Assembly: GCA_038245295.1 (NCBI GenBank)
Contig: JBBRSP010000032.1
Coordinates: forward strand, 7,410-71,409
Length of the DNA: 64,000 nt
Reading direction: 5' to 3'
DNA from: Candidatus Binatia bacterium
Lineage (GTDB): Bacteria; Desulfobacterota; Binatia; HRBIN30
Part shown: piece by piece, positions 1 to 7,936 of the stretch
How the letters are laid out: every line of letters starts with the position of its first letter
How positions within the stretch are numbered: position 1 is the first letter of the stretch
The notes under the pieces: generated by a model
What the model saw: the letters and a program-made list of their open reading frames with translations, nothing else
Told to the model about the DNA's origin: nothing
Database searches by the model: none
Position numbers and translations under genes: made by a program

Positions 1-1
1 C

Positions 2-1189
2 CTGGATCGTCGAGTTGCGTCCGACATCGGCGACCGGATGAAACGACGGATTGCGCGGATCGATCTGCAGCCGAACGTTGCTTACCTGGTCGACACGGTA
101 GACGATCGGGTCGCGGTCCTCGGTGACACCGTGGCACTTGAGGCACACTTCGTACTCGAACGTAGCTTCCCGCAGGAAAGTACCGCCGATACTGATTCCC
201 GAGACGCCAGTCAGCGGGCCCGGCAGTTGGCCGGCCGGCGCCGTACTGCGCGCCTGGTGGGGGTTGTGGCAATCGACGCACTCCACGTGCGGTGGCATGA
301 AATTGGGGTTCTCGATTGGATCGTGGACATCGGTGAAACGATCGACGCGGTGGGCACTGAGCTTGTACGATTCGCGCCGCAAGTCTTTGGCGGCACTGCG
401 CCCGTCGTGGCAGTCGAGGCAGACCGCTTCCTCGGTTGGCGCCGTCAGCAGCCGTTTGGGGTGCGGCGCCGCGTGTGAGCGATGGCAACTGAAGCAGCCG
501 TTCTGTCCCACCGTAGCCTGGGCGGTTCCAGGCACGGCGCTCGCCTGCCCGGCACTCGCCGAGGATGTTGCGTGTGCCGACTCCTGCCAGTGCGGCAGCT
601 TGTGACAGGTGACGCAGAGCCCGGAGTACGCCGGGTCGGTGACCAGAAACTTGGGATGGCGGTCGAGGTGCGCGTCGTGGCAGCTGGTGCACTGCATCTG
701 CCGGGTGTCGTCGAGGCGCACGTTGCCGGTCAGGCTCGACGGGCTGACGAGCTCGCGCCGTCGCGTCGCCAGTGACTGGTCGTAGACGAAGGAGACCGGA
801 TGGTCGTCGGACAGATCGGTGCCGAGCGTCGAGTCGGCGTCACCCTTGATTCCGCCCTTGGCGATCACGCCGTCGTGACACGATAGGCACAAACGTGAGC
901 TGCCGGTCGGTTGCTGAACCTGCGCTTGCGTCGTGCTGCTCTCGTAGAGCTTGTAGATGACCGGTGCCAATTCCTGATTCCACAAGCCGCGCTGGGCGGC
1001 GGCGCTGTGGGGCGTGTGACAGAAGAAGCAGAGGTCGTCCCGACCAGACATCGGGACCGAGCGACCTGCGGCGGCGACTCCGCCGCGACGCGGACTGAGG
1101 TTGTGTGGTGTTTCGCGCAAGCCCGCCGAAGCGGTCAACGGGAGAACCGACACGACGATGACGACAAGCCGCCGGGCGACGCGTTTCAC
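2..1189 (-). CDS. Multiheme c-type cytochrome (at least 8 hemes), N-terminal OmcE-like tetraheme module; 3' end runs off the window
   Basis: Not in the ORF track; translated by hand. GTG start overlaps the upstream stop (GTGA). Signal peptide MKRVARRLVVIVVSVLPLTASA. Motifs CFFCH, CLSCH, CTSCH, CVTCH, CFSCH, CLDCH, CVDCH, CLKCH; also TPHNLS, LWNQ, LGTDLSDDHPV. Confidence 0.9.
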   Translation of the reverse strand, partial: MKRVARRLVVIVVSVLPLTASAGLRETPHNLSPRRGGVAAAGRSVPMSGRDDLCFFCHTPHSAAAQRGLWNQELAPVIYKLYESSTTQAQVQQPTGSSRLCLSCHDGVIAKGGIKGDADSTLGTDLSDDHPVSFVYDQSLATRRRELVSPSSLTGNVRLDDTRQMQCTSCHDAHLDRHPKFLVTDPAYSGLCVTCHKLPHWQESAHATSSASAGQASAVPGTAQATVGQNGCFSCHRSHAAPHPKRLLTAPTEEAVCLDCHDGRSAAKDLRRESYKLSAHRVDRFTDVHDPIENPNFMPPHVECVDCHNPHQARSTAPAGQLPGPLTGVSGISIGGTFLREATFEYEVCLKCHGVTEDRDPIVYRVDQVSNVRLQIDPRNPSFHPVADVGRNSTIQ

Positions 1190-2226
1190 GATGCACCCCC
1201 AAGCGAGCGAAATATCTGGACGCGTTGATTGTAGGTGTCGACGACGTAGATGCGGTCGCCATCGACGGCCAGGCCCGACGGGAGCCAGAACTGACCGGGG
1301 TCGTGACCGCGGCCGCCGAATACCATGAGGTAGCGGCCGTCCCCGTCGAACAGCTGGACGGCATCGAAGAGAGCGTCGACAAGGTAGACGTGTCCGGCCG
1401 CATCCACGCCGATGCCCTTGGGCCGGGCGAGTTCACCGGAGCCATCACCCTGCTGACCGAAGACCCCGAGGCAGCGGCCATCGGGGTCGAAGCGCTGGAC
1501 GCGAAAGTTGAGCCCGTCGGTGACATAGAGAGTGCCGCCGGCATCGACGGCCATCCAGGTCGGAAAATTGAATTCCCCCGGAGCCGCGCCGCGTTCGCCA
1601 AAACGCAACTGCAGCGCGCCCTGCGGATCGAAGACCAGGACCTGATGCTTGCCGCTGTCACTCACGTACAACCGCGAACGCGTGGCGTCGGCGGCGAGAC
1701 CCGCCGGGCGCGCCCCTTTCTCCAGATCCCAGCCGCCGACGCACTCACCGTCCGCGTCGAAACTGTCGATGCGGCCGCGCGCCGCGTCGGCAACGAAGAG
1801 GCGCTGCCCGAGAAACGCCACGGCGACCGGCTCAGCGAATTTGCTCGCATCGCAGCTGGTAAGCGAGTGGGCTTTTTGCGCCGTCAGATCATAGAGCTGC
1901 ACACGCGCCGCACCCGGATCCGCCACCGCGATGCGTCGCGCGTCTACGGCGACTCCGGTTGGACGCACGATCTCAGGATCGTCGGCACCACCAACAAGGG
2001 TGGCGAGCCGCGACCACAGGGACGGTTTGATGCCGAGATCGGCCGCGCCACCGAACGCGGAGACCCACTCGACGCGCGCCTGGTCGGGCGGAGAAGGCCA
2101 CACGAGCCGCACCGCCTCGACGCCCGGGCGGCCGGCGTCCCCCCAGTGACAGGATGCCACTAGGCTGGCGAGCAAGGGCACGAGGATCAGGAGGCGCTGC
2201 CGCCAGAGTCGACGTTCGGTACCCAT
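1186..2226 (-). CDS. NHL-repeat beta-propeller lipoprotein
   Basis: Lipobox LVASC, WPSPPDQAR motif, repeated GxxxGxFxxPxGxAVD...YVxD blades. Start placed at MGTERR. Confidence 0.88.
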   Translation of the reverse strand: MGTERRLWRQRLLILVPLLASLVASCHWGDAGRPGVEAVRLVWPSPPDQARVEWVSAFGGAADLGIKPSLWSRLATLVGGADDPEIVRPTGVAVDARRIAVADPGAARVQLYDLTAQKAHSLTSCDASKFAEPVAVAFLGQRLFVADAARGRIDSFDADGECVGGWDLEKGARPAGLAADATRSRLYVSDSGKHQVLVFDPQGALQLRFGERGAAPGEFNFPTWMAVDAGGTLYVTDGLNFRVQRFDPDGRCLGVFGQQGDGSGELARPKGIGVDAAGHVYLVDALFDAVQLFDGDGRYLMVFGGRGHDPGQFWLPSGLAVDGDRIYVVDTYNQRVQIFRSLGGAS

Positions 2227-2234
2227 ACGAGTTC

Positions 2235-4283
2235 TCAGAAGAACCGCCGTACCATGCGTAGTTCGGCGCGCATATCGTTTAGCCGCCCGCGATAGTCGGT
2301 CCAGGTGAAGCTCGGCGCAACCTCGAAGTTGCGATACGTCCAGTGCAGCCGCACGCCGCAGTCGGCGATCTCGTCGCTGGCGACCGACGAATCGTCGAAG
2401 GCGCGGTAGCCGGCGAAAGAGGATACCGATACGCCGAGCGGCGTGAACCAATCGACCGAGGCGCGTGCCAGATACGACCGGGAGTGGCGCTGTTGCCCCG
2501 GGTAGTCGACGAAGTACTCGTCACCACTCAGCTGAGCGCTGACGTCCTGCACCGGCTGGTACACCAGCAATTGCCCAAAGCGCAGGGCATTGGAGTCGAC
2601 GATCGTCGATCGCACGAGCTCGTAGGCGGCGCTCGACTGCACGCGCACCGTGCTCCACTGCTGGCGCAATTCCAATTTGAAGCGATCGAGATTCTGGTCG
2701 ATCAGAAAGTTCGAACTCGAGGAACCGGAAAGACGCGTTTGGTCGCTGAGGATGTGCTCGTACGATGTCGCGCCCCACGGGAACTCGACGCCGGTCCTGA
2801 CATCGGCCGAGGTGGTCGAGAAGTGAATGCTCGGATCGAGGTTGCTCGTGTAGCTGACCTCGAGTGGGTCGCCGGGTCGGATCACCGGACTCGTGGGCAG
2901 AATGATGATGCGCGTCAGGCTGCCTTCCTGACTGAGCACGTAGTCGACGTTCAGCGTCGTCGGTAGGCGCGAGCCGCCGCGCACGTCGACCATGACGATG
3001 GTGTCGTTCTGCACAAACGGATTGTTCAGCGTGAATCCGGCGCCCACACCAAACACCGCCGGTGCGGTGTGCGGCTCGTCGACAACGTCGAGCTGCGACG
3101 AGGTGAAGTTGTTCTGGTCGATCTGATAGCCGCCGGAGCAGGCGGCGAAGAATTGCGCCCCCCAGGGGATCGAGCGCCGGTAATCCAAACCAGTCTGGCC
3201 GCCGTAAACCATTCGGTCTCCGGTCTGGAAGTCTTGACGCATGGCGCGAACGTTCGCCGTACTGATCAACGTGCGGTAGAGGCGGTGCAGCAGTCCGGCC
3301 GTCGCCACGTTGGTTGTGGTGACACCGCTGGTCGAGTCGCTCTGCGAGAAGCTGTAGCGGTAGTCGGTGTTGAAATCGGCGCTGTGGTCGAGGCGCATGG
3401 CCTCGTCGAGCGAGATGAAGCTTCCGGGCGACGTGCCGGTGCGTTTGAAGTAATAGAAGGCGGAATCGAGCCTGCGGTTGAGGGTGGGCCCGAAATCGAA
3501 GCTGTCCAGCGCGCGCACCGTGTGACGGTCGAAGATGTCGGTCGGATTGAGCGGGTCATCGACGTTGTTGAACTCGTAGCGCAGATCGAGGTCCGACGTT
3601 TCCCACCCCTTGTGTCCCTGGTAGCGCACCACGTTGCGCGTCTCGTCGCGTCGAAACGGGCTGCCGAAGACCGCAGAGTCCTCTTTGACCAGCTCCTGGT
3701 GCACGTCAACCAGGGAGCTGAAATTGAGCAGTCCATACTCCTTCAGGAGGCTATTCTCGCGCAGCTCGAAAACGCCGCCGTGGGTTGCGAACGTACTGTC
3801 GGACCGACCACCGAATCCCTGCGACAAGATGCTCTGATTGCGGTTGGCGAAAAAGTTCAGGAGGTACGGACGATCGGCGAAGAGGATTCCGTCGATCGCG
3901 TAGTCGTAGAGATCACCGTTGCCATAACGCAGTGGCTCGCTGGTGACGTTGATCGCTTCCTCTTGCGACAGCCCGAAGGAGCCGCCGAAATTGAAGGTCA
4001 GGACGCGCGGATCAAGCAAGTACGCTCCAACGTTGCGCAAGCCAATCTTCTCCTGGAAGAAAATCGTCTCGTAGATGTTGTCCGAGCGTTTGTCGTCCTG
4101 TTTTTGCCAGTTGGTGAGGAAAGAGGCCTCGCCCTGCCAACGACCGAGCGACCACGCGGCCTGGGCTCGCGCCGTGTGGGTCAGAGCCACCAGCGCGAGG
4201 CCGACCAGCGCCACGGTGCACAACCCGCTCGTCCAGCTTACCGTGACGGGGAAGCCGCTGGTCCGTTGGACCGCTGAGATCAC
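2235..4283 (-). CDS. Outer-membrane beta-barrel protein (porin/secretion channel of the cytochrome cluster)
   Basis: Signal peptide ending ARA-QA, alternating aromatic/polar beta-strands throughout, C-terminal ...ELRMVRRFF beta-signal. GTGA-coupled to the upstream cytochrome. Confidence 0.75.
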   Translation of the reverse strand: MISAVQRTSGFPVTVSWTSGLCTVALVGLALVALTHTARAQAAWSLGRWQGEASFLTNWQKQDDKRSDNIYETIFFQEKIGLRNVGAYLLDPRVLTFNFGGSFGLSQEEAINVTSEPLRYGNGDLYDYAIDGILFADRPYLLNFFANRNQSILSQGFGGRSDSTFATHGGVFELRENSLLKEYGLLNFSSLVDVHQELVKEDSAVFGSPFRRDETRNVVRYQGHKGWETSDLDLRYEFNNVDDPLNPTDIFDRHTVRALDSFDFGPTLNRRLDSAFYYFKRTGTSPGSFISLDEAMRLDHSADFNTDYRYSFSQSDSTSGVTTTNVATAGLLHRLYRTLISTANVRAMRQDFQTGDRMVYGGQTGLDYRRSIPWGAQFFAACSGGYQIDQNNFTSSQLDVVDEPHTAPAVFGVGAGFTLNNPFVQNDTIVMVDVRGGSRLPTTLNVDYVLSQEGSLTRIIILPTSPVIRPGDPLEVSYTSNLDPSIHFSTTSADVRTGVEFPWGATSYEHILSDQTRLSGSSSSNFLIDQNLDRFKLELRQQWSTVRVQSSAAYELVRSTIVDSNALRFGQLLVYQPVQDVSAQLSGDEYFVDYPGQQRHSRSYLARASVDWFTPLGVSVSSFAGYRAFDDSSVASDEIADCGVRLHWTYRNFEVAPSFTWTDYRGRLNDMRAELRMVRRFF

Positions 4284-5530
4284 GGAGCATCCTTGATCCC
4301 GCTGTGACAGCGCTCGCACTGGCCGATCAGCTCGGTTGCCACGTCACCATGACAGGTCGCGCAATACTTGCCGCCGGCGAGATCAGGCATGCCGAGTCTG
4401 CTGGCGCTGGTAGCCGCATCATAGAGGTTGGTGTGACAGTTGGCGCACTCGAGATAGCGGTGTGTCTTGTGAGAAAAGCTGGTGGCGCCTCCGGATGCGG
4501 CGATCGGGCCGACCGGCACGTCAAGGTCGAGTGTGCTCTCGTGGTGCCGCGCTTGCTCGAAGCTGGGGTGGCACGGCCGGCAGGTGGTGGTGATGCCAAA
4601 GGCGACCGATCCGTGGCACGAGCCGCAGTAGCGTCGCGAGTGCAGGTCGATCGCTTTAACTCCTTCCAGCTTGCTGGCGGTGGGGAACAATCGTGGATGG
4701 CAGTTTTGACAGGACAGCCATTTGGTGTGGCTGGCGTGTGCAAAGATGGCTTTGAACGTAGGCTGCCCCGAGGACTCCATCACGACGTCGAGATCGAGCT
4801 GTGGCTGTGGCTCGGCGTTTGCCATGCGTCCCGGCCGCGGCGAAATCAGATTGTCGTTCAGGGCGCGGTTCCAATCGACGCGCCCGGTCGGATCGCGCGG
4901 AATGTTTTGCAGGTGGCACAGGGTGCAACCGCTCTTGGTGTCGAACGCCACCGGTCCGTGGCAAGTCGCGCAGTAGCGGTTGGTGTGCACGTCCGGCGCC
5001 GGCAGCACGTCGCCGCTTTTCATCTCAAAGATGCTGTCATGGCAGTTCGCGCAGCTCAGCCATTGCCCGTGCTTCGCATGCGAGAAGGTCACCTTGAACG
5101 CCGGATTGGCGGGGGGAACGAGATCGATATCGAGCTCGATGACGTCCTGCTGCTTGGCGTCCGGCTCGCGCCCAGGCCGTGGGGCAATCACCTTCTCTTC
5201 TGCGGCCCGCGTCCAATCGGGATTTCCGACCGCGTCCTTGGGAAGCTTACGCACCACGTCGTCGAAGGTGGCGAACGCGTTGGGCCCACGTGCCTCGGCA
5301 CCAAGCTGCACGTCATCCTGCGGTGGTACCGTCGGGGTTGGCGTGGCGGACGGCGGATGGCGCGGGCTGCGCGCCACCTGAGGCGGGGGCGTCTCGTCTG
5401 ACGGAATATCCGCGAACAAGAACGCGAGAACGCGCTGACGGTCCTCCGCGCCGCATCCGACAACCCCTGCCACGAAGGCCAGAGCGAGCAGCAGCAGAAC
5501 GACCGGCCTTGCCTGGGCCACCGACGTCAC
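4280..5530 (-). CDS. Nonaheme lipoprotein cytochrome c with three c7-type triheme domains
   Basis: Lipobox VVGC, Pro-rich linker, 9 CxxCH, three FxHxxH...CxxCH...CxxCHG..AF..CxxCH repeats. Confidence 0.9.
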   Translation of the reverse strand: MTSVAQARPVVLLLLALAFVAGVVGCGAEDRQRVLAFLFADIPSDETPPPQVARSPRHPPSATPTPTVPPQDDVQLGAEARGPNAFATFDDVVRKLPKDAVGNPDWTRAAEEKVIAPRPGREPDAKQQDVIELDIDLVPPANPAFKVTFSHAKHGQWLSCANCHDSIFEMKSGDVLPAPDVHTNRYCATCHGPVAFDTKSGCTLCHLQNIPRDPTGRVDWNRALNDNLISPRPGRMANAEPQPQLDLDVVMESSGQPTFKAIFAHASHTKWLSCQNCHPRLFPTASKLEGVKAIDLHSRRYCGSCHGSVAFGITTTCRPCHPSFEQARHHESTLDLDVPVGPIAASGGATSFSHKTHRYLECANCHTNLYDAATSASRLGMPDLAGGKYCATCHGDVATELIGQCERCHSGIKDAP

Positions 5531-5856
5531 GGCCCGATGTGGCAACGCTGGCACATGTCGGTGCCAAACGCGGCCTTGCCATTGTGGCAGGCTCCGCACG
5601 ATTGCCCCTTCGCCATCGCCGCCATGGTCGGCGCTTCGCCTCGCTTCATGGCGAAGAGATCGTCGTGGCAGGCGTAACATTTGTATTGGATGCGATGCAC
5701 CCAGTGCGGGAAGTAGGCGATGGCGATCTCACCGGCGGGGCGTTGGCGCGGATAGACGATGTCACCCAGCGTCCCGGCGCGCGCCGGCAAAGCGCCAGTG
5801 ACCAGAAGCCCCAGCATCAGGCCGAGGAACATGCGTGCGAGATGGTGGCGGGCCAC
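5527..5856 (-). CDS. c7-type triheme periplasmic cytochrome c
   Basis: Signal peptide, FPHWVH, CYACH, CGACH, CQRCH. Confidence 0.9.
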   Translation of the reverse strand: MARHHLARMFLGLMLGLLVTGALPARAGTLGDIVYPRQRPAGEIAIAYFPHWVHRIQYKCYACHDDLFAMKRGEAPTMAAMAKGQSCGACHNGKAAFGTDMCQRCHIGP

Positions 5857-5881
5857 GTCCTAAACCTCCGGGGAGAACCTG

Positions 5882-5929
5882 CGTTCGGCGAAGAAGCCCA
5901 TGGGTGCTGCGGGGCCTCTTCGCCGAACG
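5882..5929. terminator. Stem-loop just downstream of the tetraheme gene (mRNA-stabilising or attenuating)
   Basis: Perfect 13-bp arms cgttcggcgaaga / tcttcgccgaacg; no U-tract. Confidence 0.55.
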
Positions 5930-5937
5930 AGTCACGA

Positions 5938-6588
5938 CTAGATGTCGTGGCAGGTGCTGCAGATCGCGCTGCCGCCGTTGTCGATCTTCAAGAACGGCGG
6001 ATACGCGTTGTCATGTGGATTGTGGCACGAGCCACACTGGACGAAGCCTGCCGAGTCGTAGTTGACTGCGTTGCCGGCCGGCACCGTCTTGAAACCGGTG
6101 AAGCCGGTAACGTTCGCCGGCTTGGTGACGCCCAACGGATGGTTCGTCCCCATGGCAGCCGGGTTCAGGAAGGCGGCGGACCCGGACGTCAACTTCCCTG
6201 CCGTGACGTTGGGGCCACTGACGGTACCACCTGTGTCGCGGATCAAGTCACCCAGGGCAATCGTGCCGTCATGACAGCTCATGCAGGCGCGCGATCCCGC
6301 CAGGGCGGTGCTGGTCATGGAGGTCGGCAGAGTCGTCCCCCGGACCGTCGTGGTGGGTGCCCAGGTGAGGTTCTGGATCGTCATATTGTGATTCCACAGT
6401 GGCCGGGCCGCTGCCGGCTGGCTGTTGTGAGTCACGTGGCAGAACACGCATGTTTGCGTCTGCGTATTCGACTTGATTGCCCCGCCGCCCGTCGAGCTCA
6501 AGTCGTGCTTCGTGCCGGCAATCGGCAAGGCAAGTGCAAGCCCCGGCGTCAGCAGGGCAAGAGCGAGAAAGACGAAGCGCTTTCTCAT
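5938..6588 (-). CDS. OmcE-like tetraheme cytochrome c (candidate nanowire subunit)
   Basis: Signal peptide; motifs TKHDLSS, CVFCHxxHN, PLWN, CMSCHDG, NHP, CGSCHxxHDN..PFL, GSxxCSTCH at the C-terminus; 216 aa; strong GAGGAGG RBS. Confidence 0.85.
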   Translation of the reverse strand: MRKRFVFLALALLTPGLALALPIAGTKHDLSSTGGGAIKSNTQTQTCVFCHVTHNSQPAAARPLWNHNMTIQNLTWAPTTTVRGTTLPTSMTSTALAGSRACMSCHDGTIALGDLIRDTGGTVSGPNVTAGKLTSGSAAFLNPAAMGTNHPLGVTKPANVTGFTGFKTVPAGNAVNYDSAGFVQCGSCHNPHDNAYPPFLKIDNGGSAICSTCHDI

Positions 6589-6678
6589 GATGTACCCTCC
6601 TCGTATGTGTTGTGATTGTTTCTGAGACATCTAAGGGCCTCGTTTCCTTTCAGCTGTGTTTCCGTTTCACCCCCGCCC

Positions 6679-7767
6679 TCAACGTCCTCCTTTCTCGCCT
6701 CGCGGAATGGCCGCACCGGACGACAACTGGACGCTGTCTTCGACGGCGGTGCCGATCAGCTCGTAAACGCCGACCCGTTTTCCGAACGTGTCGGAAACGT
6801 AGATGCGGTTGCGGTTGTCGATGGCGATGGCGGTAGGATTCGTCAGCAGCCCCGGATAGGAGCCGACGCCGCCGAAGATCATCAGCAGCTGACCGTGCTG
6901 ATTGAACATCTGCACGTTGCTCCAACGCGAGTCGACGACGTAGATGTTGCCGAACGTGTCGATGGCGACGCCCTTCGGTCGCGCGAAGTTGCCGAGCTGG
7001 TCGCCCGACTCACCAAACTTCCAGAGAAACTTGCCGCTCGAGTCGAAAACTTGAATGCGATTGTTGACCGAGTCGACCACGTAGAGCCGGCCGTCAGCGT
7101 CGAGGTTGGCGAATGTCGGGAAGTTGAATTCGCCGTCGGCGCCGCCGCGCTTGCCGATTTCCTGCACCAACTGGCCGCCGAGATCGAAGACGCGGATGCA
7201 ATGCCCTTGCGGCGTATCATTGCGGCCAGTGTCGACGACGTAAAGGCGCTGCCGCGTGTTGTCGACGGCGATGCCGGTCGGATGAATCAAGAGGTCCTTG
7301 CCGATGTTGCGCAGGAAGCCGCCGCCTCTGTCATAGACACGAACGCTCTGCGTCCCGGTGTCGGTGACGTACACGTTCTCCGCATCGTCGAGGGCGACGC
7401 CCACCGGCATCGCCAGGGCATACCGCTCGTCGTCGCCGATGCTGCGTAACGTGCCAGTCTTGGAATCGAAGACGAACACGGCGTTCCACACGTGGTCGGC
7501 GACGTAGACGCGCTCGCCGTCCGCCGACACGGCCAGACCCATCGGCTGGTAGAGGGCGCGCGTCTTGTCGCTGCCGGCCAGCAGTTCGCGCACAGACGGA
7601 CCGCCGACATCATCGCGCGACTGGAGCGTGCCGATGAGCTTGATGCGCGGCGCGTCGGGCGGATCCGGCCAGAATACTTCTGGAAGTTGGGATTGCTGCG
7701 TCGCGCAACCGGTGCAGTTTAAGGCGACGCTCATGACCAGCATGACGGAGACGGTGAGTGTTTTCAC
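6679..7767 (-). CDS. NHL-repeat beta-propeller lipoprotein
   Basis: Signal with CTGC, FWPDPPDAPRI motif, about six NHL blades. Exact start uncertain. Confidence 0.88.
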   Translation of the reverse strand: MKTLTVSVMLVMSVALNCTGCATQQSQLPEVFWPDPPDAPRIKLIGTLQSRDDVGGPSVRELLAGSDKTRALYQPMGLAVSADGERVYVADHVWNAVFVFDSKTGTLRSIGDDERYALAMPVGVALDDAENVYVTDTGTQSVRVYDRGGGFLRNIGKDLLIHPTGIAVDNTRQRLYVVDTGRNDTPQGHCIRVFDLGGQLVQEIGKRGGADGEFNFPTFANLDADGRLYVVDSVNNRIQVFDSSGKFLWKFGESGDQLGNFARPKGVAIDTFGNIYVVDSRWSNVQMFNQHGQLLMIFGGVGSYPGLLTNPTAIAIDNRNRIYVSDTFGKRVGVYELIGTAVEDSVQLSSGAAIPRGEKGGR

Positions 7768-7780
7768 AGCGTCTCGCAAA

Positions 7781-7796
7781 TGCAATTCCCGTGCTC
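7781..7796 (-). promoter_or_regulatory. Imperfect sigma54 -24/-12 promoter
   Basis: GAGCACGGGAATTGCA against consensus TGGCACNNNNNTTGCW; one conserved G is missing. Confidence 0.4.
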
Positions 7797-7849
7797 TGCA
7801 GCCATGCATCGTGACACGATATAGAACGATCCCATTTTAGTGTTCTCTC

Positions 7850-7894
7850 TGCAAATGCTTGCATGGTCTGATGGCTGTTCCGCAGAGCTTTGCA
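7850..7894. promoter_or_regulatory. Paired palindromic upstream sites (putative enhancer-binding-protein UAS)
   Basis: TGCAA-atgc-TTGCA at 7850 and CGCAG-agct-TTGCA at 7881, 31 bp apart. The same pair recurs at 16064/16096. Confidence 0.55.
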
Positions 7895-7936
7895 GGCGAA
7901 TGAATGACGCAGTGACGTGCGAGTGACACCACGGGC

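Noticed and set aside
2235-5530. MtrAB/PioAB assignment
   Set aside because: The cytochrome has c7-type triheme repeats rather than the MtrA decaheme pattern, and I do not recognise the barrel as MtrB.
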